A DNA stretch of 64,000 bases. It comes from Andalucia godoyi And28 (lineage: Eukaryota; Protista; Jakobida). A program made the translations under genes and the position numbers. The stretch's first letter is position 1. Each line of letters opens with the position of its first letter. Under the pieces are notes generated by a model. That model worked only from the letters and a program-made list of their open reading frames with translations. It ran no database searches and was not told where the DNA came from. Positions 23,216 through 32,874 of the stretch are shown here, in pieces. Where the stretch lies: NCBI GenBank assembly GCA_009859145.1, contig VRVR01000028.1:36438-100437 (forward strand), in the 5' to 3' direction.

Positions 23216-24622
23216 ATGTTTCTTGCAATTACGCTTGCTGGGATCGTTGCGGTGTACGCCCTTGAGCTGTATTTGGATCGTCGGCAGTCACGAGCGCTTT
23301 CGAGTGCGACCATTCCCGCTGAGCTGCGCGACCATGTTAGTCCTTCGCAGTTCTCGACGATGCAGCGATACTCTCTTCTTCGCGCGGCCTTCTCGCGTCT
23401 TGAGAACACATATGGCGTGATTGCAGAGTGCGGTGCGATTCTGTCTGGCATCTTCCTTTGGACGTGGGACTCGTCTCGCGCGATTCTCGACTTTTTCCAA
23501 TCCCTATCGCTGTCTTCATCCGTGCTGTACACTACACTTCAACAAAGCAGCAACAGTGGTACTGGCACCAGTAGCAGTAGCAGCAGCAGTAGTAGTAGTA
23601 GTAGCAGCAGCACTGGTATTGCAATTGGTGCAAACAGTGGTACTGTTGGTGCTCAGGACGATATGCATTTGGTGCATGCAATCCTGTTCCTAACGCTTGT
23701 GTCGCTGTTTTCAGCCGTGATGAAGTTTCCGTTCGAGTACTTTCGGCTGTTTGTGCTCGATGCACAATTCACGCTTGATGAGCCGCTTACAGTCCGTCGG
23801 TGGCTTGGCGACCAGCTCAAGATTGCTGCGATTGCAATTGGCATTGGAGCACCCGTGCTGTATGCGTTTCTCTTGCTTGTAGAGTACGGCGTGTTTGTAT
23901 ATTGGGTGCATGTTGGAGTTGCAACCTCGATTCTGTCGCTGGTGCTGATGGATGCGTACCCTGCGGTTCTCGCCCCGCTGTTTGCACACATGGAGGAACT
24001 CGAAGCATCGGAGCTGCGGTCTGCGATCGTCGATCTGTGTGCCAAACTTCAGTTCCCAGTATCAAAGATCCAGGTGGTGGAATCGGCCCAGAACAACGTC
24101 AGCGCATTTATTGCCGGTGGTTTGTTTTCGCAGAAGCGTGTTGTGTTGTACGGCGCGCTTGTCCGCCAGTTCTCGACCACGGAGATCTGTGCGATTCTCG
24201 CGCATGAGATCGCATCGTACAAGATGAACCACCACATCAAGCAGTGGGCCGTCCAGATGGCGTCGCTGCACGTGTTCCTCTTCCTTTTGTCCCGCATGAT
24301 CCAGGACCCCGCGTTCTACGCCGACTTTGGATTCAAGCAGGTGGAGCCGGGTGTTGGTTTATGTCTGTTCTCGATGCTGTACTCGCCGCTTGCGTCTGTC
24401 GTTCATGGGCTCACCAATCTTGTGTCCCGGTCGTTTGTCTACGCGGCAGACGAGTATGCGTGGAGACAGGGACACCGCATCGACAAGGCGATCATCAAGA
24501 TGCATTCGGGAAACGTGTACAATCTCGTCGTCGACAAGATGTACTCGAGGTACTACCTTCCACACCCGTCGCTGATGGAACGCCTTGACAGGCTGCTTCC
24601 CATCATGAAGAAGCGATTGTAA
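23216..24622 (+). CDS. Ste24/ZMPSTE24 (peptidase M48)-like membrane protein, zinc motif degenerate
   Basis: 468 aa. M48_N region (LELYLDRRQ, FPFEYFRLFVLD), PLF..EELE..LR..I..L, NAF-like SAFIAGG, ILAHEIAS, C-terminal HPSLMERL. Confidence 0.9.
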   Translation: MFLAITLAGIVAVYALELYLDRRQSRALSSATIPAELRDHVSPSQFSTMQRYSLLRAAFSRLENTYGVIAECGAILSGIFLWTWDSSRAILDFFQSLSLSSSVLYTTLQQSSNSGTGTSSSSSSSSSSSSSSTGIAIGANSGTVGAQDDMHLVHAILFLTLVSLFSAVMKFPFEYFRLFVLDAQFTLDEPLTVRRWLGDQLKIAAIAIGIGAPVLYAFLLLVEYGVFVYWVHVGVATSILSLVLMDAYPAVLAPLFAHMEELEASELRSAIVDLCAKLQFPVSKIQVVESAQNNVSAFIAGGLFSQKRVVLYGALVRQFSTTEICAILAHEIASYKMNHHIKQWAVQMASLHVFLFLLSRMIQDPAFYADFGFKQVEPGVGLCLFSMLYSPLASVVHGLTNLVSRSFVYAADEYAWRQGHRIDKAIIKMHSGNVYNLVVDKMYSRYYLPHPSLMERLDRLLPIMKKRL

Positions 24623-24995
24623 TAGAGCGCCAGTATATGAGAAGCACTTTTTCCCTCAGGTCCCCTTCGGATTCCCAAGTCCCAACTAAGCAACTCGCAT
24701 TCACACACTTACTTACATATGCACCCCGCCGAGCATTGCAAACACCAGACCGAGAGGAAAAGACCACGATCGTAAAGCAGCAAAATTGCAAGATGAAAAC
24801 AAGAGAAAAGATTGTGGAATGGATTCGAACAAAGAAGCGCGCGATTCATTCAACTACAAGACACCTTTTTTTTTATTCTCGGATTATGCTGCATTTTAAA
24901 AAGAAATCGGTGCAATGAAACAGAGCCAAAAGAAAACCAACAAACATGCGGATATTGACCTGGATCTGGTTCATCATAAACGAGCGGATCATCGT

Positions 24996-25396
24996 TTACT
25001 GCTCCTCGATCTTGTTGTTGTGAGCCTTGGCCCAGCGCTGGTTGCGGAGGAACTTGCGGTCCATCTATTGTGTCAAAAACAACAACAACAAAAGAAATTG
25101 TAAATTTAAACATTTAAAAAAAAGAGAAGAGAAACATAAGTATGCACACTTCAAACTGAGAATCGAGGAACATTGGATTATTCAAGAAAAGAAGCGCAAA
25201 AAAGGCCATGATCGAATCAAGCAAAACTCGCACAAAGAAGAAAGAAGAAAGAAGAAACAAGGGAGGGAAGGGAGGGAGGGAAAGCGACACATACACCCTT
25301 GAGAGAGCGGAAATACTGCTTCTTGGGTCTCTTGATACCGTTGCGGTGGTTCTTCTTGCCCTGGTTGTGAGTAGAGTGGTTCTTTGCCTTGGCCAT
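24996..25396 (-). CDS. RPL29: 60S ribosomal protein L29 (eL29), two exons
   Basis: Exon 1 25396-25295 [34 protein letters not shown]; intron 25294-25065 (GTATGT..TAG, 230 nt); exon 2 25064-24996 [22 protein letters not shown]-stop; 56 aa. Confidence 0.97.
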
Positions 25397-25548
25397 TGTG
25401 ACGACGACTAACGAATAACGAGAACAGCCGAAAGAAACAAAACAATATAACCAACAAAAGAAAAACACGAAAGATAAAACACTGAAATCAAAAACATTCT
25501 CTGTTGCCCATTCGAATTAGGCTTGTTTGCCAAATTCAAAAACACCAC

Positions 25549-25565
25549 CTAGGGTTACTAGGGTT
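25549..25565 (-). promoter_or_regulatory. Two telo-box-like AACCCTAG motifs upstream of RPL29
   Basis: CTAGGGTT at 25549-25556 and 25558-25565, 153-169 nt upstream of the RPL29 ATG. Telo-boxes are established in plant ribosomal-protein promoters; function here is inferred. Confidence 0.4.
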
Positions 25566-25830
25566 GCAGCCCGAGAAACCGTGACGAGTCGTGAGTTCGA
25601 CCGCAGCCTTCCTTTCTCGGAAGGGCTTTGCGCCGGACTTTTTTGAGATTTCCTTTTGTTACGGTAACGAAAGTGCAGGGAATTCGGGCTACAGCAGACG
25701 CTGCGTTGTTCCCGTGTTTGTTGTTCTGGCGCTGTGCGTTCGTGCTGGAAGGCGCGGCGGCAGCACCAGAGGATTCCAGCCAGGCACATTCAAATGAGCT
25801 CAACATAAATTTACAAAAACCAATGCATCA

Positions 25831-25898
25831 TCTACTACTACGACTACTACTACTACTAAAAGAAGAAGAAGAAGAAGAAGAAGAAGAAGAAGAAGAAG
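25831..25898 (+). repeat. Compound microsatellite (CTA)n-(GAA)n
   Basis: Read directly, just past the GPCR stop. Confidence 0.9.
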
Positions 25899-25941
25899 AC
25901 GAAGAACTGCGAGACAGAATCTATACATTTTACTTTTTTTC

Positions 25942-27159
25942 CTACAACGCTCGGTCGGTATCAGGGTTTGCGAGCATGTCTGACTTTGTGGGGGTTATGT
26001 ACCTCATTCCATCGGCATTGTCTGAGTCGTCGTCGTCGTCGCCGTTGTAGTTGCGGTAGCGGTGACTCGGACGGTCCATGTCGCTGTCCTCTGCATCCCG
26101 ACTGCTGAAGTTTCTGTACTGGACGGACACGGTGCCGGTGGTGGAAGCCGAGGAGGTTGCAAGGGAGTTTGGAGGAGGCGCGTTTTGCATCGACGAGGAC
26201 GAGGAGAAGAAGGAAGGAGAAGAAGAGGAAGCTGACGATGATGATGATTTCGCGACGAGCCCGAAGGCAAGGGACTTCTTGTCTCTCATGATGCGCGAGG
26301 ATCTCCACCAGTCGACGTAGAGGACCTTGAGTCTAGCAGACCAGGCAAGGGCGATGGCGTCCGTGAAGCCCTGGAGCGGGACGAGGAGTCCGTGCATGAA
26401 GACGAGGAAGAACACTGGGTCGTTTGGCTGGACTGCGTTTTGGATGCGGTTGGCAATGGCCCAGATCCAGATGAATGTGTTCATGATGGGGTACGCAAGA
26501 GTCTGTCGTACAATGCGCCGGACGAAGCGTCTGTTGTCGGACACCTGAGACTGCGAAACAAGCAGGTCTTCTGAGAGCCGGGCATTGCGCATGACATCGC
26601 GGATGACTGAGAGCGTAAGGACGAGGTTGAGCGCCCAGCAGCCCATGACCCAAAAGTAAAACGAGACGCCGCGATACAGCCAGTCCCACTCGGGGTTATT
26701 GATGGTCCAGCACCACACGGGAGACGACGGTCCGTACTGATTTTTTGGAATCAGTGGCACAAACGACGCGCAGAACGCAATGCCCCACGTTGCAACATGA
26801 TACACCCACGGATGCGCCAGCCGCTTGTGTCGCTTCACTACAAGAAACGTCTGGATTGCAAACGCAGAGCCCCAGAGTATCGTGCACAGCGTCGCAAACT
26901 GCATCAGCACGCCCTCCACAAGACACACAGTATAGTCATACGACCACCAATTCAGCAGAAATGACACCGCCGAGATCAGATCCGCTACAGCCTGCGACCG
27001 AAGCATCTGCATCTCGTCCAACACCCGCTGGAACGAACGCGTCCGATGAAGCAGCGAAAACGACAGGAGTACAAAAATCGATCCAAGAAACGACAGCGAC
27101 GCTGACACCGTCACAACACACCGAAGCACAAACACTTCGTACGGAGAAAACCCACCCAT
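25942..27159 (-). CDS. cAMP-receptor-like / GCR1-type 7TM GPCR
   Basis: 405 aa. [56 protein letters not shown], Ser-rich tail. Confidence 0.9.
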   Translation of the reverse strand: MGGFSPYEVFVLRCVVTVSASLSFLGSIFVLLSFSLLHRTRSFQRVLDEMQMLRSQAVADLISAVSFLLNWWSYDYTVCLVEGVLMQFATLCTILWGSAFAIQTFLVVKRHKRLAHPWVYHVATWGIAFCASFVPLIPKNQYGPSSPVWCWTINNPEWDWLYRGVSFYFWVMGCWALNLVLTLSVIRDVMRNARLSEDLLVSQSQVSDNRRFVRRIVRQTLAYPIMNTFIWIWAIANRIQNAVQPNDPVFFLVFMHGLLVPLQGFTDAIALAWSARLKVLYVDWWRSSRIMRDKKSLAFGLVAKSSSSSASSSSPSFFSSSSSMQNAPPPNSLATSSASTTGTVSVQYRNFSSRDAEDSDMDRPSHRYRNYNGDDDDDSDNADGMRYITPTKSDMLANPDTDRAL

Positions 27160-27162
27160 CCT

Positions 27163-27165
<3 letters not shown>

Positions 27166-27246
<81 letters not shown>
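27166..27246 (-). repeat. (GA)n microsatellite of about 40 units abutting the GPCR start codon
   Basis: Perfect CT run on the plus strand ending 7 nt from the ATG at 27159. Confidence 0.95.
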
Positions 27247-27249
<3 letters not shown>

Positions 27250-27425
27250 CTACAAATAGCAATGAAAGAAAAAAGAGAGAACTCATAAATATATATGTAT
27301 ATATATATATGACATAATGACGGCGACAACCCAACGGTGCGGAACAAGTCCGCTAAGCGGCAAAGAGGCAGTTTCCAAAACAGGAAGTTTGCATCAAGCG
27401 CTCTTGATTTATTATTGTTTTATTT

Positions 27426-27878
27426 TTACGGCAGGCGAGTCTGCAGGAACGACTGGGCAATGCGGCTCCAGGCGTGGACGGCGGTCTGGTACTCGGCCAG
27501 CGACTCGTAGGCTGCTGGGTCCGGTTCTGCATGCAACACGACTCTTTGCATCTCGATTGTACTTCCCATCTCGGTCGACGTGATGGTCGAAGTGACGGTC
27601 GTAGTGTCGATGCTGGCAACATGCCGCGGGACGAGGACAGGCTGCGGAAGCACAGTGTCTGCAAAGACGGATTTCGCAAACGCAAAGAACGAGTCCATTG
27701 CTGATGCGTACTCGTCGTACGATGCAAACTGGGCAGGCAGCGGCACCGCGCGGAACACCTGTGGCGCCGCATACTCGCGGTCACTGCAGTCCGGTATGCT
27801 TGTGCTTGTGCTGCTGTTGCTGACAATGGGAGCATACAGACGGTCGTAAAGCACACCGTCCGGCCCCAGATATCGCAT
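27426..27878 (-). CDS. Small protein with two PxP..(F/Y)xSxxEY..A repeats
   Basis: 150-aa ATG ORF with internal repeat PLPAQFASYDEYASAMDSFF / PDPAAYESLAEYQTAVHAWS. Confidence 0.75.
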   Translation of the reverse strand: MRYLGPDGVLYDRLYAPIVSNSSTSTSIPDCSDREYAAPQVFRAVPLPAQFASYDEYASAMDSFFAFAKSVFADTVLPQPVLVPRHVASIDTTTVTSTITSTEMGSTIEMQRVVLHAEPDPAAYESLAEYQTAVHAWSRIAQSFLQTRLP

Positions 27879-28402
27879 CGTTTCGCTCTGGGATCGCGCT
27901 TGCTTTTTGGGGCTCGCCAGTTTGGCGGGGTTGGACTACGGGCAACACCATGAAAGAAAAGAAAAGAACAGAAAAGAAAGACGCCCAAGAAAAGACCTTG
28001 TCGGGGAATATCGGGAGTTTCGAGGTTTTTTTGACAGGTGTCGACAAGGCGGGGGCGGGTAAACTCTGGTCGTTTTCGGGTTGCAGGTTCCGATCTCTTC
28101 CCTCCGCCATCCGCACGGTCGGAGCAAGCCGTCACCATCGATTCCTTCCGAAGCCCCGACTTCCGACACGTCCCGCTCTTCACGCTTCGCCGCAAATGGT
28201 CATTCGCCCGTCTCTCTCCTCGTTCCTCTCTTCAGTCCTTCTCTCTATCCCGTCGTTTGTAATCCGTCTTCTTTGCGTATTGTTTTTCCCTCTTCTCGTT
28301 TTCTTTCCTGTTCTCTTTTTTTTTTGTCGTCGCCGTCGTCTTCTTCTCCTTCTTATTCTTCTTCTTTAATCTGGCCGTCTGTGATTCTGTCCTCTTTTCC
28401 GC

Positions 28403-29236
28403 ATGAGCCAGTCCCCGGCATCCCACACATCCTCGTCCTCGTCCTCGGACAACAAGCCGCCTTCCTCTGACCGCCGAAAACGATCCGTCGAAGCATGCCA
28501 TCAATGTGTATGTTTTCTTTTAACTTTTGTTTTTTCTGTGTGTGTGTGTGTTTTCCCTTCTTCTTCTTCTTCTTCTTCTCTTTTTCTTCTTGTTGTTGTT
28601 GCAGCTCTTGTAATTCTAATGATTGTGTGCGAAATGCAGAGAAGGGCGCATAAGAAGTGCGATGGGCCGCCGGCGCCGTGTGTGAGATGTGTAGCATCAA
28701 ACAGCAGCGAGAGATGCTCGTTTGAGAAGACGTCGAGCAGCGATGCGATCCGACACTATGATCCACAAACGCATCAGTACCATCGCCGCACATCCACATC
28801 GGCATCCACATCGGCATCGGCATCGGCATCTGTAGCCACCGTACTGGCTTCCTCGGTGGCATCCGGAACATCAGGAATGCCGGGGACGTGGCTGGTCCCG
28901 TCGGGTGGCGGAATTCCGAATATGGCAATGTCAACCATCACTCCCATCCGACACGCTGATTACGGATATGCCTTGCCGCCGCCGCCCCCGACGCCGCCCC
29001 ATCCTCTGATGGTCCATCCCGTTATGTACCCGCAGCAACACCATCAACAGCACCCATATCCGCCGCATTCTTACCCGCACCCGCATCTGCACCCGCAGCA
29101 TCATCTACAACAGCCACAGCATCACCACCATTCTTCCTTCCCGATGGTGTCGCCGCCGCAGTCCTACGCCTATCCGCCTCCATCGCAGCACCATCTCCTC
29201 CCCCGGCCCGTCCCATCCTCCTTCTACCACCAACAT

Positions 29237-29272
<36 letters not shown>

Positions 29273-29836
29273 CAACAACAGCCACACCCGGATTCTCTGT
29301 CCCTTCTCACTGCTCCCTCTGCGACAACCTCTGTCCCTGTTTCAACATCGGCATTCACAAAGCTCGGCTCCTCGTACTCGTCGTCATCATCGTCATCGTC
29401 ATCGTGCGTGTCTCCGGCGTCGGCAGTGGCGCTGGAAAAGGCACTGCGATTGACCCATGCAATTGCCGATACGCTGCACCAACATCTCGCTCGCGCAACC
29501 TCGACCTCTTCTCCTCCAAATTCGTCCAATGAACCAGCACCAGCACCATCAACTACATCTACAACTACATCTACAACCACGTCGGCGTCCGCAACAACAG
29601 CGACAAATGCTGCAGCTTCCGTGGTCGTAGACGAGGCCGAGGTTCTTGGATCGCTGATTGTCCTCCTCGACGAATGCCACTCTCTTGCTGTGTCCCTCTT
29701 CTCGCCTCCTCCTCCTCTCCCTTCCTTCTCGTACTCCTCCTCCTCTTCCATTTCTCCACTCTCAGCCTCTGTCTCGGCGTCTGTCTCTGCAATGAGAGAT
29801 GGCCCAAGCGATTTAAAACGTCCGCGACTCGTCTAG
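28403..29836 (+). CDS. Zn(2)-Cys(6) binuclear cluster (GAL4-type) transcription factor, one intron
   Basis: Removing intron 28508-28639 (GTATGT..GCAG, 132 nt, frame-preserving) gives ACHQC-RRAHKKC-DGPPAPC-VRC-VASNSSERC = C-x2-C-x6-C-x6-C-x2-C-x8-C. Pro/His/Gln-rich remainder. Confidence 0.92.
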
Positions 29837-29943
29837 CCCTCTCTTCTCTCTTTTCTGTGTCCCGTTCTGTTCTGTGCTGTTCTGTGCTGTTCTGTTCTGT
29901 GCTGTTCTCTTCTTGCTCTTTACTCGTACCCATCCTCTTTGGT

Positions 29944-30333
29944 TTACGACATCTGGTGGTTCGAACGCGCAACGCCGTTATTGTTGTTGGGATACGTGCC
30001 ATTGTTGTTCTTGCCGCATCCACAACAGATGCACGGCCAACAGCACAGCGTATACAAGCACGAATGCTGCTGCTGCTGCTGCCCGTTGCCTCCGTTGTAT
30101 CCGCTGTTTTGGTTACCTCCAAACGACGATGACGACGACTTGTTCGCATTGCCGTTGGCATTGCGGTTGCTGCACTCGCCACGGCAGCACATCAGTGGCC
30201 AGCAGCACAGCGTGTACAAGCATGAACGCTGTCCCGTCGCTCCACCCGCATTTGAATTTCCATGTCCGTGTCCATGTCCATGATGTCCATGTCCATGTCC
30301 ATGAGAGTGATTCTGTCCCTGAATTGCATTCAT
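29944..30333 (-). CDS. Small His/Gly- and Cys-rich protein with two CYSTM-like modules
   Basis: 129-aa ATG ORF: HSHGHGHGHHGHGHGHG, then SCLYTLCCWPLMCC and SCLYTLCCWPCICC. Confidence 0.7.
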   Translation of the reverse strand: MNAIQGQNHSHGHGHGHHGHGHGHGNSNAGGATGQRSCLYTLCCWPLMCCRGECSNRNANGNANKSSSSSFGGNQNSGYNGGNGQQQQQHSCLYTLCCWPCICCGCGKNNNGTYPNNNNGVARSNHQMS

Positions 30334-31332
30334 TTTTTAATCTGGATTTCGTAGCCTTGGAATTCGTGCAACAAAAAAAAGAAGGAACTTCACCAAAGCA
30401 AAAAAGAAAAAGACTGTCAGGACCGAGGAGAAGAAGAACGAGGAGACGAAGAATATGGCAAAAGCAGTTGGCGACAGTTAATGGATTCGCATTGGATTCG
30501 CATTGCAGATCGGGGCGGGGGAGAGGGGTTTGCAGAATCAAGGTCTCAAGGGAGGATGAGGGGTCGACAATCGTCGTCTTGGTTGGTTGGGGGTGATGAG
30601 CCCGATTTTGCTACGACCGCGACTGGTGCGTTGGGAGCTGGAGAGCCGGGTCGATGCAGGCAGCCGAGAAGGACTGGGTTGCACTGGAACGGGAGAAAAC
30701 AGAAATGCGTAGTCCGGGGGGGCAAAAGCGGGCGGTTGACATGCGAGGGAAACGGTCCGTGGGTGCTCGTTCCGCAGTCCATGGGCGCTTCCGAGATGCC
30801 TTTTCAAGCAGGTTACGTCTGAAACTGCACAGCATTGAGGCTTGCGCGAACACACATTGCAGATTGCTTCGTGACATTCCACGCTTTTGCGTGCATCCGA
30901 ACGTCCAGACTCCAGTCCACTGCACAAAACTGAAACTTGGGACGAGGCGGAAGAAGGAAAAAGAAAAGAAAAAAACGAAAAAACAGAAAAAACAGAAAAA
31001 AAAAGAAAAAAAAGAAAGAAAAAAAAGAAAAAGAAGATAACGAAAGGAAGGGTCGTGAGTTGTCTCGGGAGTTGGGACACGAAGAAAAACCGCCTTCTGT
31101 GCCTCTCCTACTCGCCAGTCGTCGCAAGTAGCTTCCGACGTCACATAGTATCCAGAAAACTGTACAACGAGGGTTGTTTAGAATCAGTGTCGGTGCCTCT
31201 CTCTCTCTCTCTCCCTCTCTGTTTGTCTGTCCGTCTGGGTTTGAGCGAGCGATTACACTGTGTTGTTGATTGTTTGTTTGTTTGTTTTTGCATTTCTTGT
31301 GTGTGGGTGTCTTCTTGGATGCTGCTTCATTC

Positions 31333-32316
31333 ATGTCTGGGCATCGCAAGTTCTCGCTGCAGTTTATCCTAGACAGTCCGCCGGCGGAGAGCACAACGCA
31401 ATCCGCCCCTTCTTCCTCGTCTTCTGCCTCGTCTCCGTCGTCGTCCGCGTCCGTGTCTTCGTTTGCACAATCGAGAACGCAGGCTGCAGCTGCTGGGTCG
31501 ACTGCGAGCACGCCGTCGCCGGAAAGCCAGTTCTTGTTGCGGAAACGAAGCCGTGAAGATGTCGTGCAGAATCTGAACCATCTTGCTGGCAGCCCTCGGT
31601 TCCGAGCTCCGCGCTCTTTGTCGGTCCCGGGAGTCGCGTCCAACATCCACGTCAACATCTCCGAGCACGCCTTTTGGAACGCCAGTTACAACAGCAGCAG
31701 CAGTACAAGCAGTGGATTGGCAGACCTCAGCCTTGGTGCAAGTGCGAATGCGAGCGCAATGATTCGTGCAAACCGCAGTGGACTCAATGTCGCCATCCAT
31801 CCATCTCCCGAACATGTCCTACTCCAAAGCCACAGCCACAGCCACAGCCACAGCCACAGCCATCCGTATAGCCCAACAAGCCCTGTGATACAAACACCGG
31901 GAAAGCACACGCCGTTGTTCACGAGCATTCCTCTGTCATCTACCTCCTTTTCTTCCGCCTCGTCGTCGTCGTCGTCGTCGTCGTCGTCCTTGGCATCCTC
32001 CCCGGCTGCCTCCTCGACAAGTGCACCGGTGCTCCTGACGCTGATTTCAAATGCAGAGCTGAACCGCATGAGCACTGCGGAGCCGGATAACATGCGCTCC
32101 GCGATAGAACGAGCGCTGCAGTTTCAGCCGCGTCGAAAGAAGAAGAAACCAACATCCTCTCGCACAAACTCCGAATCGCCTAACAATCCATCCTCTTCTG
32201 CGCCGGCATCCACTTCCGCGTCCGCATCGACGTACAGAACTAACAATGGCCATGATGGTGCTGGTGATGCAGACTCTGATGAGCATGATCTTGATGACAG
32301 TGCTCCATCTGAGTGA
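31333..32316 (+). CDS. Low-complexity Ser-rich putative nuclear protein
   Basis: ATG at 31333 (MSGHRKFSLQFILDS). Basic clusters LLRKRSR and PRRKKKKP. Shares a motif with the ORF at 35628-37145. Confidence 0.75.
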   Translation: MSGHRKFSLQFILDSPPAESTTQSAPSSSSSASSPSSSASVSSFAQSRTQAAAAGSTASTPSPESQFLLRKRSREDVVQNLNHLAGSPRFRAPRSLSVPGVASNIHVNISEHAFWNASYNSSSSTSSGLADLSLGASANASAMIRANRSGLNVAIHPSPEHVLLQSHSHSHSHSHSHPYSPTSPVIQTPGKHTPLFTSIPLSSTSFSSASSSSSSSSSSLASSPAASSTSAPVLLTLISNAELNRMSTAEPDNMRSAIERALQFQPRRKKKKPTSSRTNSESPNNPSSSAPASTSASASTYRTNNGHDGAGDADSDEHDLDDSAPSE

Positions 32317-32636
32317 ACTTGTGCTTGCATCGCATTGTTTCCCCAAAAGTATAGTATCTTTTATTTTGAGTATTGATGATCGATCATTCTTTACATATTA
32401 TTATTGTTGTTGTTTTGTTTTGTTTTTTGTCGCTGTTACTGATGGTGGTGGAGTGATGGGCCTCTTTTATCTGTTCCCCCTCCCCCTTCTATTTTTCCAT
32501 TACACAGTGGACCGCATACTTCGCCACCATCCCATGCATCGGGCAGTCCGTTCCCCGCTGCACTGTCGAATGCCCAAGGTCCCAACGGTACAGACAATCG
32601 CAGTCGTCGTTTCATCAACCGTACGAGTTTCCATCC

Positions 32637-32753
32637 TGACAAGTGACAAGTGACAAGTGACAAGTGACAAGTGACAAGTGACAAGTGACAAGTGACAAGT
32701 GACAAGTGACAAGTGACAAGTGACAAGTGACAAGTGACAAGTGACAAGTGACA
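32637..32753 (+). repeat. Perfect heptamer array (TGACAAG) x16
   Basis: Read directly; ends about 120 nt upstream of the ATG at 32875. Confidence 0.97.
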
Positions 32754-32874
32754 CGCTGAACTACAGCAATCGGAATTTCCTGCTCTTCCATCTGTTTCGA
32801 CTGCAGTATTTGTGCGTCGGTTCGTCAGTGTGGATAGTCGGTCGGTCGACGGGGGGGCGGGGGACATAACTGGT

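Noticed and set aside
25065-25294. Intronic snoRNA in RPL29
   Set aside because: No C/D box pair or H/ACA hairpins found; the intron is mostly pyrimidine-rich low complexity.
25570-25615. GAGTTCGAC B-box suggesting a tRNA
   Set aside because: No cloverleaf, D-arm or anticodon stem can be built.
32637-32753. Direct repeats as a CRISPR array
   Set aside because: 7-nt units with no spacers, no cas genes, eukaryotic context.
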